Numbered from the stretch's first letter, positions 10,001 through 18,790 are shown. The stretch is DNA of 32,488 nucleotides from Candidatus Enterousia sp. (GCA_045643525.1 JAZUKY010000047.1:1-32488), one strand, 5' to 3'. Translations and numbers: made by a program. Notes: generated from the letters alone by a model not told the origin.

Positions 10001-10457
10001 GATTATTTAATACGGCCATACCAATTGGTCCAGTATGAGCCCCAGACAAACAAATCAAGCCGTCACTGTGATTAAATAATTCATCAAACGAAATATACGG
10101 CCCCAAATGATGGTTATTTGGTCGCATATACATAATACGACTGATTTCACATAAATTAAGATACCCCGTATGATTTTGTGCCAACAAAACAATGCGCGAC
10201 AATGAGGTTTCACGTAAAATTTTTGGATCTGCCGCATGATGATTTAACGACAATTCCACACCGATGATTGGTTGCAAATGATTTTTTGGCATAACATCTG
10301 AAAATTCAGCACAACCAGACATTAAATTCGTATCAGTTAATGCACACGCAGCCATTCCCAAAGCAGCACATAATTTTGGGATATCTTTGACCCGAATAGT
10401 CCCAGCCCCCACAGATAAACGTGAATGTGTACGAAGATGTATGAATTGTTTTTCCAT
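7047..10457 (-). CDS. dnaE: DNA polymerase III alpha subunit
   Basis: The track ORF runs to 10487, but that start is TTG. ATG 10457 gives MEKQFIHLRTHS, the PHP-domain start. Motifs present: GRGSGAGSIVAWALGITHVNPL, MPDFDVDF, IKFDFLGL, VYQEQVMQL, FNKSHAIAYS. The stop overlaps the rsmH ATG (ATGA). Confidence 0.92.
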   Translation of the reverse strand: MEKQFIHLRTHSRLSVGAGTIRVKDIPKLCAALGMAACALTDTNLMSGCAEFSDVMPKNHLQPIIGVELSLNHHAADPKILRETSLSRIVLLAQNHTGYLNLCEISRIMYMRPNNHHLGPYISFDELFNHSDGLICLSGAHTGPIGMAVLNNQDDLAKTFAQKFVGVFGDRFYMEIQRHGLTDEIKTEPMFLKLARELNIPIVATNNAAFGAAEDYEAADALSCVLGQTKVIDPERARKSSEQYFKSSAEMSELFSDLPEAIENTVHIANRCGFMVNVHEKPLLPRFGDDLEAECAMLRKNTMDGLAQRLQEQNITDTAPYYEQAEFELGVIIGMGFPGYFLIVADYIQWCRNNDVLTGPGRGSGAGSIVAWALGITHVNPLKYGLLFERFLNPDRISMPDFDVDFEPTGIERVLAYICDKYGHDSVCRIITFGSLQARGAIRDIGRVYGIPYSKSDRLSKLIPQEAKTLKDAVDSSDEIQDILATDDDMNKVVNVAEALEGSIRNLGQHACGVVIGDRPTTKIAPVYRDPANPLPSCQFDGHYLESAGLIKFDFLGLETLVVLKYAVKLIQQTRGINIDLDKIPVDDAKTMDLWQRGLTEGIFQFDAQFVQQTLRKMHPTSFLEISALNALNRPGPIAFIPQFIARMHGEEKIEYVHPKAEPILKETYGIIVYQEQVMQLTRALAGFTRGQSDTVRKAMGKKLIEKLNELEGQFFEGCEKEQTLDRDTAKKLWEQFKEFAKYAFNKSHAIAYSIVANQCAYLKANYTPEFLAASMSSNLNDTDQLAIFVDDAKTNFNIPIVAPDINQSESLFTVRDGKIIYGLAAIKGVGTVATDAIVSERNKNGKFKNITDFAKRCAPIINKRILEAFAKVGVLDSLEPNRAKIFMNADAILSYASKSRDGGNLLSLFANTVEGDVSENRLLKSLLATEPWTFAQRLENELSALGFYISAHPLDQYKNLIAQAKLATSATLADFGDRKPVQIAANVGSFSRRKTKSGKDMITINASDSFGNIDAIAFGESAATFSQILSSDSVVLISGKTSNRDERVSVFVDSIIPLSQWIAKIARRITLEIYNQAVLTDVKKALDTLPHGMTKVILNLHTGDRVATITLPNGVELGTNTANDFVGLGIRVNIE

Positions 10458-10571
10458 TATGGATGTGATACTAGCAAAAAATACCAAAGTAGGGCAACCA
10501 TATATTTAATAAAAAATTAATAAATATTCTTGATTATTTTAAACATTATTTTTACACTACCCCCCCGCTAA

Positions 10572-11267
10572 ATGAAAAGTGATAATAATATGAATAGATT
10601 AAATAAAATTATTGTAATTTTCCCTTTATATTTTCAATGTTATAATTTTGCTTATGCTGCAGGTAATGTTTGCACCAGTGCAAACTTTTCCAAAGCTTGT
10701 ACTTCATCAACAGTAATAGCATTAAAAGAAACCGCATGTAAAAGTTCAACTAACGTGTGTGTTACGAATGGTTCCAGTACTGTTTATGTTCAATATTGTC
10801 CACCTAATTATTGTAATACGTGATTATTATACTGTATCAAAAACCGATTTATACCTATGTTCAAATACATCCAGTCCTTACAACGGCTATATACAACGTG
10901 TGCAGCGTGTTCATGTTCTAATTGTACAAGCGACACTGATTGGAGTGCATCTGGTACCGGTTATCAAAAAAAAATTAACTAAACAATGTATATGTACCTC
11001 AGCTAGTAATGGAACCTGTTCAACAACAAAAACGGAATATCGATGTGCGGCAGGTTATTATGGAACATCCACAAATGGTACATCCGGCTATTCCCCGTGC
11101 AGTAATACTGGCAGTGCACGAAAACAATACGGTTCCGGTACAAATATTTATCCAACATCTGATGCGGGTGTGACAATGCCACAATTAACAAATGCTATTA
11201 CCCAACCGGTACTTATCAAGATTCTGCCAGAACATATACAATTAGTTCAAAATGTTATTACAAATAA
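10572..11267 (+). pseudogene. Frameshifted gene for a secreted Cys-rich protein (at least four frame changes)
   Basis: Signal-peptide-like start MNRLNKIIVIFPLYFQCYNFAYA. The sensible Cys/Ser/Thr/Gly/Tyr-rich reading jumps frame 0 to 1 near 10819. It returns to frame 0 near 10890 (TTCAACSCSNCTSDTDWSASGTGYQKK). It shifts to frame 1 at the A9 tract 10966-10974 (KQCICTSASNGTCSTTKTEYRCAAGYYGTS...). It returns to frame 0 near 11165 (CDNATINKCYYPTGTYQDSARTYTISSKCYYK, stop 11265-11267). A terminator follows. Confidence 0.6.
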
Positions 11268-11282
11268 TATTATTTCTTTTAC

Positions 11283-11316
11283 AAAAAAAAAATCCCGCCA
11301 AAAGGTGGGATTTTTA
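11283..11316. terminator. Bidirectional intrinsic terminator (pseudogene / rpsD)
   Basis: AAAAATCCCGCC pairs with GGTGGGATTTTT around loop AAAA, with one G-U pair. An A-run lies upstream and a T-run downstream. Confidence 0.75.
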
Positions 11317-11337
11317 ACATATATCCATATTCAACGA

Positions 11338-11970
11338 TTAACGTGAATAGAATTCAACAACCAATTCTGGGAACATTTGAACAGGATATGGTACATCTGC
11401 AAATGCAGGTACACGAACAAATGTCGCTGTAAAATTGGCACTATCAACATTGATATAGTCTGGCCAGTTACGTTCTGCTGATTCCAATGCCAAAACAACC
11501 AATGGCATCTGTTTTGCTTTTTCGCTAACTGTGATTACATCACCTGGTCGTACCTGATAAGACGCAATTTTTACACGTTTACCATTAACCAAGATATGAC
11601 CATGGCTAACCAACTGACGGGCTGAAAAAACGGTTGGTGCCAATTTTGAACGATATACAACCGCATCCAAACGACGTTCTAACAAACCAATCAAATTTTC
11701 TGGTGTATCACCTTTCATATTATCTGCTTCTAAATAATATGCACGGAACTTCTTTTCACCAATATTTCCATAATAACCTTTTAATGTCTGCTTTGCACGC
11801 ATCTGTTTTGCATAATCAGACGAACTGGCCCCACGTGATGTTGGTCCATGTTGTCCAGGTTTATATTTGCGTTTATTAAACGGAGATTTTGCCTGACCCC
11901 ACAGGTTAACACCCAAACTGCGGCCGATTTTTAATTTTCTTGTGCTACGTTTTGCACCAGCTCTTGCCAT
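11338..11970 (-). CDS. rpsD: 30S ribosomal protein S4
   Basis: 210 aa with PGQHG and the S4 RNA-binding domain [54 protein letters not shown] lies 5 nt before the ATG. Confidence 0.92.
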   Translation of the reverse strand: MARAGAKRSTRKLKIGRSLGVNLWGQAKSPFNKRKYKPGQHGPTSRGASSSDYAKQMRAKQTLKGYYGNIGEKKFRAYYLEADNMKGDTPENLIGLLERRLDAVVYRSKLAPTVFSARQLVSHGHILVNGKRVKIASYQVRPGDVITVSEKAKQMPLVVLALESAERNWPDYINVDSANFTATFVRVPAFADVPYPVQMFPELVVEFYSR

Positions 11971-12116
11971 TTTTTATCCTTATTTTTTGGTTTTTTGGTG
12001 CCGGGCGAACGACAGAATCCTTATTTCGAACGGGACCAAAATGCACCGACGATTATTCAGTTCTGATTACCCAGCCTTGGCACTTTACTATATATGTTAT
12101 ACAATTTCAAGTATTT

Positions 12117-13232
12117 TTATAAACTGTTAACTTGCATTGCATTTAAAATCTGATTAAACAATTTTTCTGCACTGCCCAACGCACTGGATTTCCACCCATC
12201 ATCAGATGGATACCAACTTTCGGTTAGATTTTGCCATGTTTCCTTGTTTATCTTACCGTTATGTAATAAATCGTATCTGGCATCCCCCATATCCATACGT
12301 TTATACACAGGGGACATTATTGGAAATTCACCGGTACCTATTTCAAAATCTGCTGTACGAATTGGTATATTCCGTTGTGCAAAACGTTTTTCTAAAAAAT
12401 CAACCAAATCCCCCAACAACGTCGGTCCAAACTGTGCGGAATCATCGGGTATTACTGAAATTTTTTTACCCAAAACCTGCTTAAAATATATTGTATTTTG
12501 ATGGTTAGTTGGATGCGAAACTAACAATTGCGCCGTAGCAACACCCCGTTTACGATAAAAACGTCCCAACCCTGTATGCAAACCAATAGACGTCAATGAT
12601 ATTGCATCATCGGTCATAATTTTGTCATAGATTTCCGTTACCATGCGATTTTCAATTGTCGGGGCCGCCCCGCCATAAAACAAACCATATGGTTCGTAAT
12701 ATTGTCCACGACTGATTGCAGCCCAGGCCCCATCACTTAAATGTTCACGTCGAAATTTTCGAATGGCATTTGTTTTGGTATTTTTATCAGGTTTGGATAA
12801 CAACAATGGATGTGATAGGGCGTATAACGGATTCAAATTACGTAAATTTTTATCCGAAAAATCAACACCAAAATTTCTATTTAAATCAACCAAGCCACCT
12901 GTTACTGTATCTTGGACTTCACGCATACGATTTTGCATTCCCCACGCATTTACAACATGAATCAAAACAATTGTATACTTATCCAACACATCATTTGACA
13001 GTCCATTAACAAATTTATCCAAAAACATATTTTGGGAGGCACTGCCAAAATATCCCTCAATTCCATGAACCCCAGAATTTATAACCAGTTTACGCGGTCC
13101 ATTACCAATCATCAAATACGGTATTTCAAATTGATTTCCATCCGCACGGCAATGCTTCAGCACACCTATTTTCGATGCGTTTTTGGTAAACTTTTCTGTT
13201 GCCTGATACCAATTTTCGGAATAATAGTTCAT
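12117..13232 (-). CDS. M14-type zinc carboxypeptidase-like protein (DUF2817-like)
   Basis: 371 aa with an HxxE zinc motif (SGVHGIEG) and VDLNRNF, both typical of the M14/succinylglutamate-desuccinylase superfamily. It has no signal peptide. Confidence 0.6.
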   Translation of the reverse strand: MNYYSENWYQATEKFTKNASKIGVLKHCRADGNQFEIPYLMIGNGPRKLVINSGVHGIEGYFGSASQNMFLDKFVNGLSNDVLDKYTIVLIHVVNAWGMQNRMREVQDTVTGGLVDLNRNFGVDFSDKNLRNLNPLYALSHPLLLSKPDKNTKTNAIRKFRREHLSDGAWAAISRGQYYEPYGLFYGGAAPTIENRMVTEIYDKIMTDDAISLTSIGLHTGLGRFYRKRGVATAQLLVSHPTNHQNTIYFKQVLGKKISVIPDDSAQFGPTLLGDLVDFLEKRFAQRNIPIRTADFEIGTGEFPIMSPVYKRMDMGDARYDLLHNGKINKETWQNLTESWYPSDDGWKSSALGSAEKLFNQILNAMQVNSL

Positions 13233-13253
13233 AAAAACAAACCTTTATATAAT

Positions 13254-14033
13254 TTATTCTTTGCTGTATCCAATACTACCACTGTTTGGATAAAATGTTA
13301 AACGTATCTGTTTCCACGTTTCAAATTCATTTACAGGTAACATTTTAAATGGTTGACACGCATTAATTGCATTACGAATTGTTTCCAATACATAAGCAAA
13401 TGCCGAATCTGTATCTGCACGTGTGGCCGATTCAAACCATAAATCATGCACAGTTCCATTTTTATTCATACCCAAATGTGCCACAGCACGAATATCAGAA
13501 ATGTCAGGGCGAGTTGTATCAATCGTCCAACAACGTGTTAACGCAACACGTAACGCATCGATTGTTGACACCGTCAATGGCGTATTCGCAAAACCGGTTT
13601 GCCTATTAACCCGAACAATTGTTTTTTTGCGTGGTGCATCATCAACATTTTTTTGCAAATTCTTATCGTCCGATATTGATTTTGTTTCCTTTACCGGAAC
13701 ATCATCTTGGATAAAATCATCCGAATTTTGTTCATCTTTTTGTGTTGCATCTATTACTGGTGCAGGTTCTGATACAGTTTCGATATTATTTTGTTTTGAT
13801 TCATCTGTTTTTTCTATATTATCTGGGCTTTTTGTATTATATAACAACGTTTCATCTCCACCGATTTTTACTGCATTCAAATCAATTTCCATGATTTCTA
13901 TACGATCGGTTGCAATAATCATCCCCGGTTCCGACACAATTAACAATATTGTCACCATGAATGCCACCAGCGTTAAATGCCCCCCCACGGACATCAACAA
14001 ATTTTCCAGTGAAAATCTATAATTTTCGTTCAT
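13254..14033 (-). CDS. tolA: TolA-like membrane-anchored protein (TolA/TonB C-terminal type)
   Basis: Its position directly after tolQ-tolR, with an ATGA overlap with tolR, drives the call. It has an N-terminal TM (HLTLVAFMVTILLIV), an acidic low-complexity linker and a ~90-aa C-terminal globular domain. The call rests on context and architecture, not on a recognised motif. Confidence 0.55.
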   Translation of the reverse strand: MNENYRFSLENLLMSVGGHLTLVAFMVTILLIVSEPGMIIATDRIEIMEIDLNAVKIGGDETLLYNTKSPDNIEKTDESKQNNIETVSEPAPVIDATQKDEQNSDDFIQDDVPVKETKSISDDKNLQKNVDDAPRKKTIVRVNRQTGFANTPLTVSTIDALRVALTRCWTIDTTRPDISDIRAVAHLGMNKNGTVHDLWFESATRADTDSAFAYVLETIRNAINACQPFKMLPVNEFETWKQIRLTFYPNSGSIGYSKE

Positions 14034-14434
14034 TTTTTACCCATTTGGGTCCGTAATCCAACACGTTGGAAACCGGCATCCTTTAATTTTCCCATAACAG
14101 ACATAACCGCACCATAATCTGCCTGTTTATCACCATTTATAACAATCGCTAAATTCGGATTTTCCGAACGCATTGCAATGGCCCGCTGAACAATTTGTTC
14201 TTGGGGCATACGCATTTTCCCAACATAATACCGCCCAGATGCATCAACACTGATTTGTATTGCATGATCACCACCGGTCATCACAGATTTTCCAGCACGT
14301 GGCAGGTTCAAATCAATACCAGTCGACAACATTGGTGTCGTTACCATAAATACCGCCAATAACACCGTCATAACATCTATCATTGGTGTCAAAGAAATTG
14401 TTGCGTCAGAACCGCGACTTCTTCTACGTGACAT
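14030..14434 (-). CDS. tolR: Tol-Pal system protein TolR (ExbD/TolR family)
   Basis: 134 aa with the ExbD/TolR signature ISLTPMIDVMTVLLAVFMVTTPM and a periplasmic domain containing IVINGDKQADYGAVMSVM. Confidence 0.85.
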   Translation of the reverse strand: MSRRRSRGSDATISLTPMIDVMTVLLAVFMVTTPMLSTGIDLNLPRAGKSVMTGGDHAIQISVDASGRYYVGKMRMPQEQIVQRAIAMRSENPNLAIVINGDKQADYGAVMSVMGKLKDAGFQRVGLRTQMGKK

Positions 14435-14446
14435 TTAACTTAATCC

Positions 14447-14935
14447 TTATTTTTTATTGGAATTTGCACGTGCATCTTTACAGGCATCATCCATCGCATC
14501 ATACAATTCATCTGCTTTTTTTGTAAAATATTGATATGCAATCGCAGCAGGAACCGCAGCAATCAATCCCAACGCAGTCGTCCCCAATGCCGTAGCCAAC
14601 CCAGGTGCAATAACACCAATTGATACAGATTGATTTGCACCAATTGCAGCAAAAGAATCCATAACCCCCCAAATTGTTCCAAACAACCCAATAAATGGTG
14701 CAACATATGAAACCATTGCCAAAAACCATAAATTTTTATCGAAGGGACGAATTAATCTATCAATTGACGCATCAATACGAATTTTCATTGGTTGCATACG
14801 TTGATAATGCCACATACGAATTTTACTGATTATGACACTCCAAGACATTATACTGGCCAACACCAATACCAATGACACAAACGCTGTCATTAAATCACCT
14901 GTAAATAAATTCAATAATGAAAAATTATTTGTCAT
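14447..14935 (-). CDS. tolQ: Tol-Pal system protein TolQ (MotA/TolQ/ExbB channel), short form
   Basis: 162 aa with three TM segments and the conserved PFIGLFGTIWGVM and ALGTTALGLIAAVPAAIAY blocks. The cytoplasmic loop between TM1 and TM2 is much shorter than in ~230-aa TolQ proteins. Confidence 0.8.
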   Translation of the reverse strand: MTNNFSLLNLFTGDLMTAFVSLVLVLASIMSWSVIISKIRMWHYQRMQPMKIRIDASIDRLIRPFDKNLWFLAMVSYVAPFIGLFGTIWGVMDSFAAIGANQSVSIGVIAPGLATALGTTALGLIAAVPAAIAYQYFTKKADELYDAMDDACKDARANSNKK

Positions 14936-14962
14936 TTCTTTTCCTTTTTTATTAATTTGTGC

Positions 14963-15340
14963 TTATTCAGATAATCTTTTTACAATCGCACCTGGAATAC
15001 GTGCTGGTCGCATATTGGCCCCAACATATGCCACAACAATATTTAATACGGCACACACATCATCACCATGAATGAATTGTTGTTCAATCTGCATGGATGC
15101 CGCCCCCAGATTAACAATACGACTGCGAACAATAAAACTGTCCGCCAACCGCAACGGTAAATTATATTTTATATTTAATTCCCTGATAACAAAACCTATA
15201 TCTGTTTCCGGTATTTGCACCCCCAGTAATAATTGCATACGGGCACGTTCAGCAATTTCAATATATCGTCCGTGATAAACAATACCTTCGGCATCTGTAT
15301 CGGCATATGCCACAGAAAACGGAAATTCATACACTTTCAT
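14963..15340 (-). CDS. ybgC: Tol-Pal-associated acyl-CoA thioesterase (4HBT family)
   Basis: 125 aa with the hot-dog thioesterase start VAYADTDAEGIVYHGRY. It lies directly upstream of tolQ. Confidence 0.8.
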   Translation of the reverse strand: MKVYEFPFSVAYADTDAEGIVYHGRYIEIAERARMQLLLGVQIPETDIGFVIRELNIKYNLPLRLADSFIVRSRIVNLGAASMQIEQQFIHGDDVCAVLNIVVAYVGANMRPARIPGAIVKRLSE

Positions 15341-15343
15341 AAT

Positions 15344-16333
15344 TTATTTTTCCAACCCTAAATGTTTATATCCAGCATCCGTTATTATACGTCCACGTGG
15401 TGTACGTTGAACAAACCCCAATTGCATAAGATATGGTTCAATAACATCTTCAATCGTATCAGACGGTTCTGATAATGCCGCAGCCAAATTTTCAATTCCA
15501 ACAGGCCCCCCCGCATAATGTCGTACAATCGTTGACATATATTCACGATCAATTTCGTCCAAACCACATTCATCAATATGCAATTGCACCAATGTTGTCC
15601 GGATGGCTTCTGCTGTGATCTGAGAACAGTTCAAAGCCGTGGCAAAATCACGGGCACGTTTTAACAATCTGTTGGCGATACGTGGTGTACCACGGGCACT
15701 ACGTGCCAACATCAACGCCCCCGCTGCATCAATTGGAGTCCCCAAAATATTTGCACTACGAACAATAATTTTAGCCAAATCTTCTGGACTATAAAAAGAC
15801 AAACGTAAATCTATTCCAAAACGATCCCTTAATGGATTAGACAATAACCCCGTACGTGTTGTGGCACCAACCAATGTAAAAGGCGGCAAATCAATACGCA
15901 CACTTTTGGCTGACGGTCCTTCGCCCAACATAATATCTAATTTAAAATCTTCCATTGCAGAATACAAAACCTCTTCAATGGCGGTCGGCAAACGATGTAT
16001 TTCATCAATAAACAACACATCCATCGGTTCCAATGCTGTCAATATTGCGGCCAAATCCCCTTGTTTTGTTAACATCGGCGCAGATGTTGCCCGAAAATTC
16101 GTTCCCAATTCATTTGCCACGATATGTGCCAATGTCGTTTTTCCCAACCCCGGGGAACCATACAATAAAACATGATCCATTGCCTCGCCACGGGAACGGG
16201 CACCAGACACAAACACGGATAAATTTTGCTTTAAACTGTCGTGCCCAATAAAATCATCCAACGTCTTTGGACGAATTGATACGGCCATTTCATCTGGAAT
16301 ATTCGGATTAAAAAATCTATTATTAGTATCCAT
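15344..16333 (-). CDS. ruvB: Holliday junction branch migration ATPase RuvB
   Basis: Has [11 protein letters not shown], Walker [10 protein letters not shown], Walker [10 protein letters not shown], sensor [15 protein letters not shown] and the C-terminal winged helix. Confidence 0.93.
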   Translation of the reverse strand: MDTNNRFFNPNIPDEMAVSIRPKTLDDFIGHDSLKQNLSVFVSGARSRGEAMDHVLLYGSPGLGKTTLAHIVANELGTNFRATSAPMLTKQGDLAAILTALEPMDVLFIDEIHRLPTAIEEVLYSAMEDFKLDIMLGEGPSAKSVRIDLPPFTLVGATTRTGLLSNPLRDRFGIDLRLSFYSPEDLAKIIVRSANILGTPIDAAGALMLARSARGTPRIANRLLKRARDFATALNCSQITAEAIRTTLVQLHIDECGLDEIDREYMSTIVRHYAGGPVGIENLAAALSEPSDTIEDVIEPYLMQLGFVQRTPRGRIITDAGYKHLGLEK

Positions 16334-16335
16334 AA

Positions 16336-16995
16336 TTACAACAACCTGTCTTCGGCATTTTCACGACCAACATATGCCTTTAAATCATTATACATCTGAC
16401 GTAAATCGGCGGGTGTACTGTACAAAGAATCAGCATTTTTAATCAAAATTGTTTCCAAACTAATTTGTGCCTGTTTTTTTAAAACCTGCGTCAAATGTGG
16501 TGCAAAATCACGTGATTCATCCGTTTCAGCAGTTCCCTGTAATAACAAACCACGATTTGGACGCGGCGACAAAAATGAAAAATCAGATACTGATGGGTCA
16601 GGGGATACCAACGCAAAACCAGATATTTCTGGGCGACGCATCATTGCCTGCAATACATACCACGCCCCCAATTGGTGACCTGCCAACCATATTTTATCGC
16701 TATCTTCGTTATGATTTTGAATCCAATCTATAACGGTTGCAATATCTAACAAATTTTCTGCAGTTGTCCCAATTGTACCTTCGGAATCACCAAGTCCCCG
16801 ATAATTAAATCGCACAACCGAAAAACCGATATCCATAAATGCACGAAACATTGCATACGAAACACGATCGTTCATATGATATTTCTGTCGTGGGTTACCA
16901 GATAACACAACCGCCAATGGTGCGGACGGTGTTTCAGATTTATGATAAACCGCGTGCAATTTACCTGATTCACCCGTTATAATAAGATCAACCAT
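16336..16995 (-). CDS. Alpha/beta-hydrolase-fold protein (COG2945-like) lacking the nucleophile Ser
   Basis: The track ORF to 17049 starts at TTG. ATG 16995 is preceded by AAAGGTGAAATT. Fold hallmarks: [18 protein letters not shown], and a strand-elbow [10 protein letters not shown] where GxSxG is expected. Confidence 0.7.
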   Translation of the reverse strand: MVDLIITGESGKLHAVYHKSETPSAPLAVVLSGNPRQKYHMNDRVSYAMFRAFMDIGFSVVRFNYRGLGDSEGTIGTTAENLLDIATVIDWIQNHNEDSDKIWLAGHQLGAWYVLQAMMRRPEISGFALVSPDPSVSDFSFLSPRPNRGLLLQGTAETDESRDFAPHLTQVLKKQAQISLETILIKNADSLYSTPADLRQMYNDLKAYVGRENAEDRLL

Positions 16996-17126
16996 AATTT
17001 CACCTTTGTATAAACAACTTTCCTTTGATGGGTAATGTAGAACAAACAAATATCAAATTTCAATAAAAAAGTATGGTAATATGTTTTTTTGTTATATTAT
17101 CAGTGGTGAAACACAACATTTTTGCT

Positions 17127-17156
17127 TTGACACAATTGTTATAAATGTTCTATATT
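17127..17156 (+). promoter_or_regulatory. Candidate sigma70-type promoter of the + strand operon
   Basis: TTGACA (17127-17132), an 18-nt spacer, then TATATT (17151-17156). GGAGAAAAAGGG and ATG 17187 follow. Confidence 0.45.
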
Positions 17157-17186
17157 TCTGATATGCAGGAGAAAAAGGGTATCAAA

Positions 17187-18134
17187 ATGAATAAAATTAT
17201 ACCAATAACTTTATTAACAATGCTGTGTTCCAACGTATCACAACAGGCGGTGGCAGCCGTTCAGATGGATATGGATGTTGGTTATAATGATTTTCAAACA
17301 ATATACACTGAAACACCAGTTCAATCGTATTACGCGTACCCAGATGATCAAAATTTTATCCCGGAAAACGAATTTATGGAACGTGCAGATAGTTTGGATT
17401 ATGACGAAAATATTGTAAACGCAAGGAATTCGGAATTTTCGGCACATCCAGGTGTAATGTTCGCAGACCGTCCAATGGTAATTTGTCGTAATTTTGGTTG
17501 CACACGTTTAAATGAAAATATTACCAGAACATTTTTATTTAACAGTTTGGCCAATATGTTCATGATGAATAATCATTCGCGTGTATATATTTGCGAAGCG
17601 GATCCATTTTCACGTGACTGTTTGCAATCGGGAATTTCATTTCCTGTTCGTGCAGGCATTGCAAACGCATTGGTAAAAATTCCAAAAGCAACAATTTCAC
17701 AAGTCAACGTTTCAACGGGTTTATCCAAGGCAACTGTTGGCATGACATACGATTTTTTGGTGAACGGTATTGATCGCCAATGTGCACCAACCATTATGGA
17801 CATTATGGTTCCAATCAATTCACAGGCAACATTATCCAATCGTGAATTTGCATGCAATATGACCAGTGACGGAATCAGCAATGTATCATTAATGGTCAGT
17901 ATTGATTACATTGATTTAGATTACGGGATTTTGGGTGGATATTATTCGTTGGGCATGCAAGGACCAACCACAGGTGGGGGGACAGGGTACGCATTATTTA
18001 AAACGGAATTCACTACACATGGCATGAAATTTCGTGCGTCTGTTGACAACGATGACGACTTAACGGGTTTAGACAGCACAATGCGAACAATTCAACCAGG
18101 TGAATATGCAGTGGAACCATTAAAAAAGAAATAA
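17187..18134 (+). CDS. Secreted hypothetical protein (315 aa, 6 Cys)
   Basis: I start at ATG 17187, which has a purine-rich SD upstream. Signal peptide is MNKIIPITLLTMLCSNVSQQAVAAV. Its stop overlaps the response-regulator ATG (TAATG). Confidence 0.75.
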   Translation: MNKIIPITLLTMLCSNVSQQAVAAVQMDMDVGYNDFQTIYTETPVQSYYAYPDDQNFIPENEFMERADSLDYDENIVNARNSEFSAHPGVMFADRPMVICRNFGCTRLNENITRTFLFNSLANMFMMNNHSRVYICEADPFSRDCLQSGISFPVRAGIANALVKIPKATISQVNVSTGLSKATVGMTYDFLVNGIDRQCAPTIMDIMVPINSQATLSNREFACNMTSDGISNVSLMVSIDYIDLDYGILGGYYSLGMQGPTTGGGTGYALFKTEFTTHGMKFRASVDNDDDLTGLDSTMRTIQPGEYAVEPLKKK

Positions 18135-18790
18135 TGACAAAAACTGTTTTGATTATTGACGATGATGATGTATTACGCAAATCATTGGCACGTGGATTGC
18201 GTTCAGAGGACTTTAATGTTTTAATGGCGGATTCTGCCGAATCTGCATCAGAAATTTTGAATCGAATTAATGTTGATGCCATAATATTAGACAGAATGTT
18301 GGGCGGCGATGATGGTTTGACTTTTTTAAAACACCGCCGTTCATTTGGCGATAACACCCCAACGATAATGTTAACCGCAATGTCTGGTCCAGAAAATGTA
18401 ATCGATGGGTTATCGGGTGGGGCAGATGATTATTTAACAAAACCGTTTCAATTACGTGAATTGATATTACGATTACAGAATATTACAAAATCACGTTTTA
18501 ACAATGAAAACACATTAAATTTGCCGGATGGCTTGGTATTTATAGACAATGAATTTATGATTAAAACATCAGATTCTACACAAATTTTATATTTATCAGG
18601 CGAAGAAAAAAAATTATTATCTAGATTAACAACCCCTGTTGGCAATATTGTCGCCGCTGCCCCAATGGTGGCAAAACGCTTGCGTGGGAAATTAAATTGT
18701 GTATTATCAAACATAGACATATTAACCATTCGGGGCAGGGGCTACAAATTAATTGTAACCCAACCTGCAACGAACAAAACAAATGGATAA
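18134..18790 (+). CDS. OmpR-family response regulator
   Basis: The receiver domain has LIIDDDD, the phospho-acceptor context AIILDRML, MLTA and LTKPF. The C-terminal winged helix ends in TIRGRGYKL. Confidence 0.88.
   Translation: MTKTVLIIDDDDVLRKSLARGLRSEDFNVLMADSAESASEILNRINVDAIILDRMLGGDDGLTFLKHRRSFGDNTPTIMLTAMSGPENVIDGLSGGADDYLTKPFQLRELILRLQNITKSRFNNENTLNLPDGLVFIDNEFMIKTSDSTQILYLSGEEKKLLSRLTTPVGNIVAAAPMVAKRLRGKLNCVLSNIDILTIRGRGYKLIVTQPATNKTNG

Noticed and set aside
6977-10237. Numerous 60-134-aa ORFs on the + strand and in off-frames on the minus strand within 6977..10237
   Set aside because: They lie inside dnaE, which is continuous and motif-complete over the whole interval.
10759-11346. 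195-aa + strand ORF taken as one intact gene
   Set aside because: Only its middle (about 10975-11165) reads like the Cys-rich family. Its N-terminal part and its C-terminal part are hydrophobic nonsense, and it reads through the 11283-11316 terminator into the rpsD stop. It is better explained as one frame of a multiply frameshifted pseudogene.
13423-14022. 199-aa + strand ORF
   Set aside because: It is antisense to the TolA-like gene, which is supported by operon context and ATGA coupling to tolR. It is a shadow ORF in low-complexity sequence.
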